DNA of 64,000 nucleotides from an uncultured Gammaproteobacteria bacterium (GCA_964610305.1 CAZSVL010000005.1:14815-78814); one strand, 5' to 3'. Shown: positions 36,353-46,325, numbered from the stretch's first letter. Numbers and translations: made by a program. Notes: generated by a model from the sequence alone, not told the origin.

Positions 36353-37115
36353 AAACGCTAAAATTGGGATCTGCGCCGCCTTTAAGATGGGCTATAAAGT
36401 GTTGGAGTTTGTGATAAGAGAGGCTCAGTTTAGGCCCGCCGTTGTCTTTACCTCTCACAGAGACGACTCAGAATATGAGGGTATGATTTTTGCGTTGTGC
36501 GAATATTACAACATCCCCTGCGAGAGAAAAGTAAACGTGAACAAGAAAGAGGCGCACAGCACATTGGATTCATACAATTTGGATCTGATGATTTTGGCTT
36601 GGTGGCCATCAATAGTAAAGGGGGAGGCTATCTCAAAAACAGCAAAAGGTTGGCTTAACATGCATCCTAGCCTTCTTCCCTTTAATCGTGGCAAGCATCC
36701 GTACTACTGGTCAATTGTAGAGGGAACGCCTTTTGGCGTAACCCTTCATTTGATAGATGAAGGTGTGGATACAGGCCCGCTTCTTTTTCAAAAAGAGATT
36801 GCCGTTGAGTTTGAGGACACAGGAGAGACGCTTTATCAAAAGGGTTTGGATACTATATATGATCTTTTTGTTGAGAGTTTTGAGAATATCCGCGCTTTAA
36901 AATTGCAACCACTGCCACAGACAGATGCGCACGCCACGTTTAGATTGAGCAAAGAGTTGGATCCTCATACGCAGATAGATTTAGAAAAAGAGTATCGCGC
37001 AGAAGATTTGATAAATCGGCTTCGTGGACGCACCTTTTTGCAAGGTGACAGTGCTTTTTGTGTTCGTAATGGAAAGAAGTATTTACTAAAAATTATTATA
37101 GAGCCTCAAGATTAA
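36345..37115 (+). CDS. sugar N-formyltransferase (Formyl_trans_N family)
   Basis: WLNMHPSLLPFNRGKHPYYWSIVEGTPFGVTLHLIDEGVDTGPLLFQ matches the formyltransferase catalytic core (N/H/D triad region). Confidence 0.7.
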   Translation: MAENAKIGICAAFKMGYKVLEFVIREAQFRPAVVFTSHRDDSEYEGMIFALCEYYNIPCERKVNVNKKEAHSTLDSYNLDLMILAWWPSIVKGEAISKTAKGWLNMHPSLLPFNRGKHPYYWSIVEGTPFGVTLHLIDEGVDTGPLLFQKEIAVEFEDTGETLYQKGLDTIYDLFVESFENIRALKLQPLPQTDAHATFRLSKELDPHTQIDLEKEYRAEDLINRLRGRTFLQGDSAFCVRNGKKYLLKIIIEPQD

Positions 37116-37116
37116 T

Positions 37117-38955
37117 ATGGCAGAGCATTGGTATGGTGTAGCGCAGGACATCGCAGATTGCAAACGCTTGCAAAGGTGGGGTAGAAAAAAGAAATTGACT
37201 ATTATTACCTGTTCGCTTGAAGCGCGCCTTTTTTTGGAGGACAGCGGGACGGAAACTATCTATGTATGGGATATATTTGATATGGAGCAGCTGATTGATC
37301 AGGCTTTTTTTAAGGCAAAAGAAATGACGTTGGAAGATGCCTTTGGTGATGTGCTCTATAAAAAAGCAGCAATTCACCGCATGCATGTGGAATTTTTAAG
37401 TCACGCTGTTGCTTCAAAGATGCTTGCTGATAAAATTGTTGCCTACGTTCAAGAGCGCGCTGGCAGCGTGGTGATCGCCAAAATCTCACACATATTTTTT
37501 GGTCCATATTTTCCGTTGGCTCAGAGAAAAATGCAGCGCAACCCACTATTGCTTGAGTTTATTGTAGAAGTCTCTAATAGAGAGGGTGTAAAAAATGTGC
37601 GCCAGGGAGTGGATATGTTTTTTGCCTCTTTGTGGGCTCCGGTTGTATACCGATATGCCATATCAAAGCAGATCATCTCTGATGCTATGTCTTTGCTGTG
37701 GGGGGCTGCCAGCAAAATAAAGACAATTGACGATTTGCTTGCTTCTCATTCGCAGGTTCATATTCTCAGTATTGGATGGGGAAGGGATTTACATAGGATG
37801 CTTTCTTTGTCAGAGTTGCATCAGGAGCTTGAGGCGTCAGGTAAAAGAGCTGTTCATGTTTTGTGGCGCCCAAAAAAATTATCGGATAAGGATCAGTCAG
37901 TCGGCCCAACATTACGTATTAGAGAACAGATTAAAAAGGGGGTTACGTATGGACCATCCATTTCAATGTTGGGTTTAAAGAGGTGGCGCACGTTGTTTGC
38001 GTTTTATAGATCAGCCGCGCATTATAAAGCGTTTAGCCCAACCTTAGAAAAGCTGAGTAGCTCATCGGTGTACCGATTAAATATTTTGTATAACGCCTTT
38101 TTTTCTTATCGTGAAACATTTTTGACATCATTGATAACTGCAAAAATAATAAAAAAAGTAAGACCAAAAGTCATGTTGGGTTCAGATAGTGGTGGGGAGA
38201 GTGCGCGATCTGAGATGATAGTAGCTCAATCGGCTGGCATAAGGACTGTTAGTACGCCTCATGGGTATCAGGCTTACGCCATGGAGAGTTATAATTATTT
38301 GGCTGATAAGGTTCTCACCTACGGAACAGCTACGGCCGGTATTTTAAAGCACTGTGGTGTTCAGGAAGAGAGAATTTCTGTAGTGGGGTCTAGTCACAAG
38401 CGTTCAGGAAAAAACTCTCTAGGGTCTCCCATTAAAGTGGTCATAGGAACACGAAGTTGGGGAGGGCTGTGGTCTAACTACAGCAGTGTTCATCCAAAGT
38501 TAGATAAGAATTTTAGGGAATTGCTTCATGCGCTTAAGAAAGATGATCGGTTTGAAGTCACCATAAAATCTCATCCCAACGGAGATTTGCACGGATATTA
38601 TGATCTATTAGTTGATCGTATGGGAAGCGACAGAATAAGACATATTGCGGCTGGTTGGAGAGCGGAGGTTTTTGAGCAGAAGTGCGATATTTTAATTTGT
38701 ATGGGAGATTGTCCAAGTCTCTATGTCTCAGCGCTCTACTTAAACAAACCTATAATATTTGTTGAGGGTTGTATGAGTATGACACAGAAAAAAATGGGAT
38801 ACGTGTACGATGGTTGTGCTTCAGTTGTTAGCGATGGCGGGCAGGCATATCTGGCTTGCCTTGCAGATTTAGCAAATGATGCAGAATTTAAAGACGCATT
38901 TGGGATCGTGCAAAATACTGGCAAGAGCGTGTCCAAAATATTAACGACATTTTAA
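37117..38955 (+). CDS. large hypothetical protein (612 aa), paralog of N-terminal 600 aa of the protein at 39752..42553; candidate glycosyltransferase by context
   Basis: Collinear similarity with the 933-aa protein: TPHGYQAYAMESYNYLADKVL vs IPHGYKAYAVRPYDYLARFVL; GTRSWGGLWSN vs ATRSWGGMWSN; KSHPNGDLHGYYDLLV vs KSHPNGDYHEYYDLIV; MGDCPSLYVSAL vs LGDCPSFFVTAL. No family assigned. Confidence 0.5.
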   Translation: MAEHWYGVAQDIADCKRLQRWGRKKKLTIITCSLEARLFLEDSGTETIYVWDIFDMEQLIDQAFFKAKEMTLEDAFGDVLYKKAAIHRMHVEFLSHAVASKMLADKIVAYVQERAGSVVIAKISHIFFGPYFPLAQRKMQRNPLLLEFIVEVSNREGVKNVRQGVDMFFASLWAPVVYRYAISKQIISDAMSLLWGAASKIKTIDDLLASHSQVHILSIGWGRDLHRMLSLSELHQELEASGKRAVHVLWRPKKLSDKDQSVGPTLRIREQIKKGVTYGPSISMLGLKRWRTLFAFYRSAAHYKAFSPTLEKLSSSSVYRLNILYNAFFSYRETFLTSLITAKIIKKVRPKVMLGSDSGGESARSEMIVAQSAGIRTVSTPHGYQAYAMESYNYLADKVLTYGTATAGILKHCGVQEERISVVGSSHKRSGKNSLGSPIKVVIGTRSWGGLWSNYSSVHPKLDKNFRELLHALKKDDRFEVTIKSHPNGDLHGYYDLLVDRMGSDRIRHIAAGWRAEVFEQKCDILICMGDCPSLYVSALYLNKPIIFVEGCMSMTQKKMGYVYDGCASVVSDGGQAYLACLADLANDAEFKDAFGIVQNTGKSVSKILTTF

Positions 38956-38984
38956 GCGCACTAAGCGCATGAAAAGTAACTTTT

Positions 38985-39761
38985 ATGAGAGCATATAATT
39001 CTGGCTTTGTTGACTATAACCCGCAAGGGCTAGTTTTAGAAATTGCTTCAGGGCTGAATCCCACCTTTGAGGCAGATGTATTACTGGAAGCAGACAGATC
39101 ATTTATAGAGCCCTTAACCAAACGAGGTTATGCCGCACTATACGGTGACGCACTGAATCTTCCTTTTAAAGACAAGAGTTTTGATTATATTAGCTGTTTG
39201 CATTTGGCGGAGCATTTTGAGAAGCATGAGTTGGTTCAGTTTTTTTCAGAGCTGCAGCGCGTGGCGTCAAGAGGGTATCTAGAGGTTCCCTCAATTTACT
39301 GGGAACTGATGGCCAACTGTGATGCGCCGCTGGTTGGAGAAGGGACTATAGATGGGCATCATAAACAATTGTGTTTTCTGCACGACGGCGTGCTGCACAT
39401 GATAAGGAAATCTGATGAGAAAAATCCAGAGCATCAGCTACTCAGAGCTCTTTTCTTTAATGCTATCAACGCTGACGCTACGGCGGAAAATATTGAGATA
39501 ATGATGATAGGATTTCAGTGGGAAGGGGAGATTAAGGTAGAGTTTCATGAATCTCTTGCGGCAGTTCCTGAATATTTGAGCAGAGCAATGGTCTATCGGT
39601 TAAAAAAATATGGCGAGAGTAAAAAAAGTAAGACACCGCTGGCGCGGATGATTCACGGATATCTAAAGGCGCTTAAGGATAAAAAAAGAAAGAGAGAAAA
39701 ATCGGACAAGCAACGGTTAAAAGGGCGTAAACAATTTAATATAGAAGATCTTTGCAGGTGA
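38985..39761 (+). CDS. class I SAM-dependent methyltransferase-like protein with Lys-rich C-terminus
   Basis: LVLEIASGLNP motif I-like; GDALNLPFKDKSFDYISCLHLAEHF is a Methyltransf_11 pattern. Confidence 0.5.
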   Translation: MRAYNSGFVDYNPQGLVLEIASGLNPTFEADVLLEADRSFIEPLTKRGYAALYGDALNLPFKDKSFDYISCLHLAEHFEKHELVQFFSELQRVASRGYLEVPSIYWELMANCDAPLVGEGTIDGHHKQLCFLHDGVLHMIRKSDEKNPEHQLLRALFFNAINADATAENIEIMMIGFQWEGEIKVEFHESLAAVPEYLSRAMVYRLKKYGESKKSKTPLARMIHGYLKALKDKKRKREKSDKQRLKGRKQFNIEDLCR

Positions 39762-42553
39762 TTTTTCAGGGCTGTATGAAATACGGTTTTATAACGGAAA
39801 CAATTGAGGATTGTAAGCAGGTTCTAAAATGGTCAGCGTCTGTTGGCAAGGCTGAGATTGTTGTGATTGCTTTGTCTTTGGAATCTTTTGAATATTTTAA
39901 GCGCAACAGTTCTTTAAAGATTTCATGTTTGCATATCTGGGACATAGCAGACATGGAAACTATTATTGATGAGGCGTTTGTTGATGCCGAGCAGTCATTT
40001 AAAGAATGGATGAATCTTTTTTCTGACCGTGAAGATTCTCTATTTGATGTTGCCGTTCAGCACCGTTTTCATATTGAGTTCTTAAACCACGCACATGTTT
40101 GCTTGAGTGTGGCAACTCTAATGGCTACCTATTTTAAAGAGAGCGGGTTAACGTATGTGGTGTCTGCCGTGCATCCGGTTTTTGCTGGCCCCTTTTTTCC
40201 TAATCATCACAAGAATATAAGACGCAGTTTTCTTTTTAAGTCCATTTCTTATGAGATTTTTGTAAGAAAGAATGTTTCCTGCCGTTTTATTGATAAGAGA
40301 TCTTGGTTTGTACTCAAGGCTATTCCCGCTCTGCTTTGGTTTCGTGTGATAAGTAGATTGCTAAGAGATGGGGCTATATTTGTCGTTGATAGGTTGCGCA
40401 AGCGCCCAACACTTGAGCGCATGTTTGCTGCGGGACCCAAGCATGCCGATGTTGTTTGGTCTGGGTGGGGTAATGATTTGTCTGTCTATTTCTTGCCTTC
40501 AGAAGTTCATAGGCTTTCTGTTGAAAGTGGGTACACATCGGTACATATGGTAAGCAGGCCACAAAAGCTGAAGGAGCACAATGCTAACTTTGTTAAGGAG
40601 CATGACAATCTTTTTTTTCATACGCCCGATGAGATTCACAAAGCAGTTTCACATGGTCCTCGGATATCGCTTTTTCCTCTGTCAACGTTGAAGCGGTATG
40701 TAGGATCATTTTTACGATCCACCATTCCTCACCGATTTCGCGCTTTAAAAAATCCTAGCGGCATGCCTTCTTTTAAAGCACTTCTTGCGCTAAAAGGATT
40801 TAGGTGCGCCATGGCATTTAATGTTTTTATTGCTTATAGAGAAGCCTTCTTTTCAAAAGAGCTAAGTCTGGCAATAGCTAAGCGTTTTAATCCTGCTTTT
40901 TTTGTGGGGACCGATAGCGCTAACGTTGCCTGCCGGGCAGAGCTTGCTGTTATGAATGCTCGGGGAGTAACCACTCTTAGCATACCTCACGGCTATAAGG
41001 CCTATGCGGTGCGACCTTATGATTATTTGGCTCGTTTTGTTTTGGCGCCTGGTAGTATGAGTAAATCTCTTGCGGTTTCTGTCGGCGTGCCTGAGGAAGA
41101 TGCAAAGATTGTTGGGTGTCGAGAAATAGGGAGAAAGAAAATTTATGACGCAACTAAACAAAAAGTAAAAGTTGTTATAGCAACGAGGAGTTGGGGAGGT
41201 ATGTGGTCTAATATGGGAGTTGTTCAGAAAGAGTACGATATTCAGCTGCGATCTCTAATTGAAGGTTTGTCAAAAAAGGCATCTTATGAGACCGTAGTAA
41301 AATCGCATCCAAACGGTGATTATCATGAGTACTATGATCTTATTGTCTCTGGGCTTGGTAGTCCATCGGTAAAACATGTTAGTAAGGGGTGGAAGAGGGA
41401 TTATTTTTTGGATCAGTGTGATGTTGCCGTATTTTTGGGGGATTGTCCCAGCTTCTTTGTGACCGCTCTTATGAGCGGGATACCGTGCGTTTTTATAAAG
41501 GGGACCATGAGCAAGTCTCAAAAGAGAATGAATTATTCTTTTGATAGATGCGCTTATGTGGTTGATGATGTTCAGCAAGCCTTAGAAGCTATAGATAGTC
41601 TTGCCTCTGGCACTGAGTTTGCACACGTGGCTTTGGATAAGCAGAACTCACGCGTTGATGAGCTCAGGGGTGCGCAAGCTCCAGAGGAGGTCGCAATGCA
41701 ATTAATTTCAAAATTTTCTATGCCTATCTCAAATGAGAGGAGCCAAAAAACAGATATAGCTCTTTTGCTTGTTGCAACCATTAACATAGGAAACAAGGCG
41801 CTACTAAAGCGCAATAATACCAAAGAGCGTTTGCTGGATTATGAGCAGTCATTGCGTTTGTGGTTGAAACAAAAAAGCATCAGTAAGATTGTTTTTGTAG
41901 ATAATTCAGCATACAGTCTTGATAGTTTAAAAAAGGTTGCGGCAGAGCATAATACGCTTGGCAAAGAGGTTGAATTTCTCTCTTTTAATTTTGTTTCTCC
42001 AACTGATTCAAATATTGCATTGGGCGAACTGGTGTCTATTGATCACGCGCTGGAGAATTCAAAGCTATTGAGTACTTGCGACTCTTTTGTTAAGATGACT
42101 GGCCGGGTATTCGTTCGTAATATTGATGCTATTGTGAAGGATTTAGATGCAGGCTTTCACATGGTCTCCCGGCTTTCTGAGAATTTAACGTATGTAGATA
42201 GCGCTTCTGTTATCTTCAATAAAAAGTTTTATCTTGAAATGGTTTCTGGTTTCTGCAAAGATGAACTTAAGAGAGTGATTGAGCGAGGAGAGAGGACTGA
42301 TATTGAAAGGTTGTTTGCAAAAGCCTTGCATAGAGGTGTTGCGCTAGACTACCGGTGGTTCCCCTATTCTCATGAGCCGGTTTTGCAAGGCATGTCTGGA
42401 ACAAAAAATATTTCATATGCAAAAAGACACAATGCCTACAGAGCACTAAAGATGCATGTTTTTGGGAGAATGTTTTATAGGCTTACCAGAACATCTTGGG
42501 GGGAGAGTTCTGGCCGCAGACATTTAATGGATAGGTGGGGGATAGAAAAATAG
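39752..42553 (+). CDS. very large hypothetical protein (933 aa): N-terminal region paralogous to 37117..38955 plus C-terminal domain paralogous to 29074..29991; candidate nonulosonate/glycan transferase by context
   Basis: Paralogy blocks as listed for the two partner genes. No recognisable catalytic signature. Confidence 0.5.
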   Translation: MQVIFQGCMKYGFITETIEDCKQVLKWSASVGKAEIVVIALSLESFEYFKRNSSLKISCLHIWDIADMETIIDEAFVDAEQSFKEWMNLFSDREDSLFDVAVQHRFHIEFLNHAHVCLSVATLMATYFKESGLTYVVSAVHPVFAGPFFPNHHKNIRRSFLFKSISYEIFVRKNVSCRFIDKRSWFVLKAIPALLWFRVISRLLRDGAIFVVDRLRKRPTLERMFAAGPKHADVVWSGWGNDLSVYFLPSEVHRLSVESGYTSVHMVSRPQKLKEHNANFVKEHDNLFFHTPDEIHKAVSHGPRISLFPLSTLKRYVGSFLRSTIPHRFRALKNPSGMPSFKALLALKGFRCAMAFNVFIAYREAFFSKELSLAIAKRFNPAFFVGTDSANVACRAELAVMNARGVTTLSIPHGYKAYAVRPYDYLARFVLAPGSMSKSLAVSVGVPEEDAKIVGCREIGRKKIYDATKQKVKVVIATRSWGGMWSNMGVVQKEYDIQLRSLIEGLSKKASYETVVKSHPNGDYHEYYDLIVSGLGSPSVKHVSKGWKRDYFLDQCDVAVFLGDCPSFFVTALMSGIPCVFIKGTMSKSQKRMNYSFDRCAYVVDDVQQALEAIDSLASGTEFAHVALDKQNSRVDELRGAQAPEEVAMQLISKFSMPISNERSQKTDIALLLVATINIGNKALLKRNNTKERLLDYEQSLRLWLKQKSISKIVFVDNSAYSLDSLKKVAAEHNTLGKEVEFLSFNFVSPTDSNIALGELVSIDHALENSKLLSTCDSFVKMTGRVFVRNIDAIVKDLDAGFHMVSRLSENLTYVDSASVIFNKKFYLEMVSGFCKDELKRVIERGERTDIERLFAKALHRGVALDYRWFPYSHEPVLQGMSGTKNISYAKRHNAYRALKMHVFGRMFYRLTRTSWGESSGRRHLMDRWGIEK

Positions 42554-42557
42554 AGAT

Positions 42558-43574
42558 ATGAAAAAAGAGAAGATATTTATTACCGGTATTGCAGGTTTTT
42601 TGGGGAGTCACCTTGCGGATGCCTTCATCAAGCAGGGATACCACGTAACCGGATGCGATAACATGATAGGGGGGTATCATGATAATGTGCCGCATGAAGC
42701 GGAATTTTTTCAATATGACTGTACGGATCTTCATGCCATGAAGAAAGTAATGGAAGATGTTGATATTGTGTATCATTGTGCAGCAACAGCGTATGAAGGG
42801 TTGAGCGTCTTTTCACCTCACTTGGTAACTAGAAATATAGTTGATGCCACCGTCTCAACGGTGACGGCAGCAATACACAATAAGGTAAAACGTTTTGTCT
42901 ACTGTTCCTCTATGGCTCGCTACGGAAAAAACAGAGTACCATTTACAGAGGATATGGAGCCGCGTCCGCAGGATCCTTATGGGATAGGAAAACATGCTGG
43001 AGAGCTCATGCTGCGTAATTTATCTGAGGTTCATGGCATGGAGTACGTTATTGCGGTGCCACACAATATAATTGGAGATAGGCAGAAGTACGATGATCCT
43101 TTCAGAAACGTTGCGTCTATTATGATTAACTTAATGCTCAGCGGCAGGCAGCCTATAATTTATGGTGATGGAAATCAAAAGCGTTGTTTTAGTTTTGTGC
43201 AGGATGATATCAAGGTTCTTGAAAAACTAGCATTTACACATGATGCTCACATTTTAAATAATGTTATCAATATCGGGCCGGACGAAGAGTTTGTAACCAT
43301 AAATGAGCTGGCGCAGGTTATAGCGCGTCTTATTGGTTTTGATTTGAATCCTGTCTACATGCCAGCGCGTCCGCAGGAAGTGGAATTGGCGAATTGTTCT
43401 GCTGATAAAGCAAGAAGGTGTCTTGGCTATAAAACCGAGCATTCACTAGAACAAGGACTTCAGGTCATGATTGATTCAATAAAACAGTTGGGAGTAAAAC
43501 CATTCAGATACCATCTTGATTTAGAAATTATAAATGAAAAAACACCTAGAACATGGAAGGACAGATTGTTTTAA
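42558..43574 (+). CDS. NAD-dependent epimerase/dehydratase (extended SDR; UDP-sugar 4-epimerase/4,6-dehydratase-like)
   Basis: IFITGIAGFLGSHL Rossmann; YGIGKHAGE YxxxK. Confidence 0.7.
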   Translation: MKKEKIFITGIAGFLGSHLADAFIKQGYHVTGCDNMIGGYHDNVPHEAEFFQYDCTDLHAMKKVMEDVDIVYHCAATAYEGLSVFSPHLVTRNIVDATVSTVTAAIHNKVKRFVYCSSMARYGKNRVPFTEDMEPRPQDPYGIGKHAGELMLRNLSEVHGMEYVIAVPHNIIGDRQKYDDPFRNVASIMINLMLSGRQPIIYGDGNQKRCFSFVQDDIKVLEKLAFTHDAHILNNVINIGPDEEFVTINELAQVIARLIGFDLNPVYMPARPQEVELANCSADKARRCLGYKTEHSLEQGLQVMIDSIKQLGVKPFRYHLDLEIINEKTPRTWKDRLF

Positions 43575-43623
43575 AGAAGACCAAAGCCTTGATTCTATAG
43601 CTGCGCTCTGATACAGTAGCTTC

Positions 43624-45738
43624 ATGAAAAAAGAAATTGAGAAGTCCTACGATGCCGGGGCTCATGAGGATATAATTTATAAAAAATGGGAAGATGCCGG
43701 ATACTTTGATCCGGATATTTTAGTTAAAGAGGGTGTAGCAGAAAAAGATGCGGAGCCATTTTGTATTATTATGCCACCACCCAATGCAAACGGCTCACTG
43801 CATATTGGCCATGCTGTTTTTGTGACACTAGAGGATATTATGACGCGCTATGCTCGTATGCAGGGTAAGCGTGCGCTGTGGCTTCCTGGTGCAGACCACG
43901 CTGGTTTCGAAACGCAAGTGGTGTATGATAAAAAGCTAGAGAAAGAAGGACGTTCTCGTTTTAAAATGGATAGAGATGAGTTGTGGCAAGAAATTTATGA
44001 TTTTACGCAGTCGCACAAGCACGTAATGGAGGGCCAGCTAAGAAAGCTGGGAGCTAGCTGCGATTGGTCACGAAACAAGTTTACTCTGGAAGACAACATC
44101 ATAAAGACCGTGCATGATACCTTTGAGAAAATGTATGAGGACGACCTTGTTTATCGGGCAGACAGGATGGTCAACTGGTGTACAAAACACCAAACATCAC
44201 TCTCAGAATTGGAAACTAAGCATCCACAACAAACTGATGCGCTTTATTATTTAAAATATGGACCCATCACCGTTGCAACAGTTCGTCCCGAGCCTATTTT
44301 TGCTGACACGGCCGTTGCAGTACATCCTGAAGATGCCCGTTATAAGGATTTGATTGGCACTAAGGTACCTATTCCACTTTCTGGAAAACAGATACCGGTT
44401 ATAGCAGATGAAATGGTGGATCCTGAGTTTGGAACCGGCGCGGTTAAGGTAACGCCTAGTGTAGACCCAAATGATTTTGAAGTTGCCAAGAGACACAGTC
44501 TAGAGATTATAGAAATTGTAGATCAATTTGGAAAAATGATGGAATCCGCTGGAGTCTATGCGGGCATGAGTGTTGCAAAGGCGCGAGAAGCCATAGTGGG
44601 TGATCTACAAAAAGCAGGGGCTATAGAAAAAATTGATGAGAACTATACTCACGCCGTATCTGTTTGCTACAAGTGCAATAGAATACTAGAGCCGCGCATT
44701 TTGCCGCAATGGTTTGTAGCCATGACAAAGGAGCCAAAAAGTGGAGGTAAATCGCTCCGTGATCGTGCCGTTAAAGCGGTTAAAGAGAAGCGAGTACAAT
44801 TTGTACCCAAGCGAATGGAGAAGATATTCATGCATTGGATGGAGAATTTAAAAGACTGGAACATATCAAGGCAGATTGTATGGGGAATTAGAATTCCTGT
44901 TTGGTATAAGGATGATCAGATTCATGTAGGCGATGATCCAGGAGAAGGATGGACACAAGAGACTGATGTTTTTGATACGTGGTTCTCTTCTGGTCAGTGG
45001 CCTTTTGCAACGCTTCAGAATGGAAAAAGCGGAGACTTTGACACCTTCTACCCAACATCAGTAATGGAGACGGGGCATGATATTATTTTCTTTTGGGTCG
45101 CTCGGATGATTATGTTTGGTACCTACGTGGCTGGCGATATTCCTTTTAAAACCGTATATCTGCATGGCATGGTGCGGGACAAGGATCGCCAAAAAATGAG
45201 CAAATCAAAAGGCAATGTTATAGACCCGCTTGGTGTAGTTGATCAATACGGAGCAGACGCATTGCGCATGGCGCTCATTGTGGGAAACACGCCCGGCACG
45301 GATGTCGTAATTTCTGAGCAAAAAATAAAAGGATATAGAAATTTTGCTAATAAGATTTGGAACATAAACAGATTTTTGATGATGAATTTGCCAGAGGATT
45401 TTGAATTTCAAGGAGAATATAAGCCTGGTACTGACAGAGAAAAAGAAATTATGGATCAGCTTGTGCAGGTGGTGGAAAAAACAACTAAAGATATTGATGA
45501 GTTTAAATTTTATCAAGCGGCAGAAGGGCTATACCACTACGTATGGGATGAATTTGCGGCAAAGATAGTAGAAGAATCTAAAGAGAATTTTGAGGATCGG
45601 CAGGATTTGTTGCTTGCTGTTTGGAGCTCAGCTCTTAAGATGCTGCATCCTTTTATGCCTTTTGTGTCGGAGGCTTGCTGGCAGCATTTGCCCATAAAAT
45701 ATAAACGTCAGTTGATAGTTGAAAAATGGCCATCATAA
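43624..45738 (+). CDS. valS: valine--tRNA ligase (compact, 704 aa)
   Basis: PPPNANGSLHIGHA (HIGH), KMSKSKGNVIDP (KMSKS), and ValRS-like editing region GTGAVKVTPSVDPNDFEVAKRH. Lacks the usual C-terminal coiled-coil extension. Confidence 0.75.
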   Translation: MKKEIEKSYDAGAHEDIIYKKWEDAGYFDPDILVKEGVAEKDAEPFCIIMPPPNANGSLHIGHAVFVTLEDIMTRYARMQGKRALWLPGADHAGFETQVVYDKKLEKEGRSRFKMDRDELWQEIYDFTQSHKHVMEGQLRKLGASCDWSRNKFTLEDNIIKTVHDTFEKMYEDDLVYRADRMVNWCTKHQTSLSELETKHPQQTDALYYLKYGPITVATVRPEPIFADTAVAVHPEDARYKDLIGTKVPIPLSGKQIPVIADEMVDPEFGTGAVKVTPSVDPNDFEVAKRHSLEIIEIVDQFGKMMESAGVYAGMSVAKAREAIVGDLQKAGAIEKIDENYTHAVSVCYKCNRILEPRILPQWFVAMTKEPKSGGKSLRDRAVKAVKEKRVQFVPKRMEKIFMHWMENLKDWNISRQIVWGIRIPVWYKDDQIHVGDDPGEGWTQETDVFDTWFSSGQWPFATLQNGKSGDFDTFYPTSVMETGHDIIFFWVARMIMFGTYVAGDIPFKTVYLHGMVRDKDRQKMSKSKGNVIDPLGVVDQYGADALRMALIVGNTPGTDVVISEQKIKGYRNFANKIWNINRFLMMNLPEDFEFQGEYKPGTDREKEIMDQLVQVVEKTTKDIDEFKFYQAAEGLYHYVWDEFAAKIVEESKENFEDRQDLLLAVWSSALKMLHPFMPFVSEACWQHLPIKYKRQLIVEKWPS

Positions 45739-45769
45739 AAAAGAGCCCGCAGCGATGCGGGTTTTTTGG

Positions 45770-46261
45770 TCATGGTGCCCAGTTCTTAAGTCGTCCAAAT
45801 GCGCGGACGTATTTCCTTAGGCGTAGAGAGTCCTCATCAGTGATGGTCCCAAGCCTGGAGGTGTCCATATTGTGTTTGATGTCTGCCATCTTCACGATTC
45901 GTGCAATGGGATTTTCAGCGGCACGCACAATGAAGTCTTCGTACTGTTCACCTTCTCTTTTGGTGAGGCAGTCTACCGCATCCACCACATCTGTCGGGAA
46001 GCCGTGCTCAATCAGTTGACCAAGCGTAACGGTGGTATCCTCAATTACATCATGCAATAAAGCCACCATAACAATTAATTCATGCCAGAGATGGTTGGCG
46101 GTGTCCAAAGTGTGAGTGACATTGAATTTAGCGGCAAGAGAGAGCGCAAGGGTGGAAACCGTAAGAGGGTGCATAATGTAGGGCACACCTATTCTGTCTG
46201 TTTGGCCACGATGAGCAGTGGCAGCTAAAATGAGCGCATCTTCTACTGTTTTTCTTTCCAT
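45770..46261 (-). CDS. HD-domain phosphohydrolase, (p)ppGpp hydrolase-like small alarmone hydrolase
   Basis: HRGQTDRIGVPYIMHPLTV and ALLHDVIEDT match the RelA/SpoT-type HD domain. Start set at ATG 46261 (AAGGAGGT SD, 7-nt spacer); track start 46288. Confidence 0.6.
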   Translation of the reverse strand: MERKTVEDALILAATAHRGQTDRIGVPYIMHPLTVSTLALSLAAKFNVTHTLDTANHLWHELIVMVALLHDVIEDTTVTLGQLIEHGFPTDVVDAVDCLTKREGEQYEDFIVRAAENPIARIVKMADIKHNMDTSRLGTITDEDSLRLRKYVRAFGRLKNWAP

Positions 46262-46325
46262 TGTTCCTACCTCCTTTATTAAAATCATAGCCTTTTAGGA
46301 GGCAATTTGTCAACGGCTCAAATCC

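Noticed and set aside
22021-43574. Calling the entire glycan locus a tRNA-integrated genomic island
   Set aside because: Only a 52-bp interval is bracketed by the tRNA direct repeat. No second attachment-site copy was seen at the far end of the locus, and composition looks similar to the rest of the window. The idea is noted as a possibility in the findings instead.
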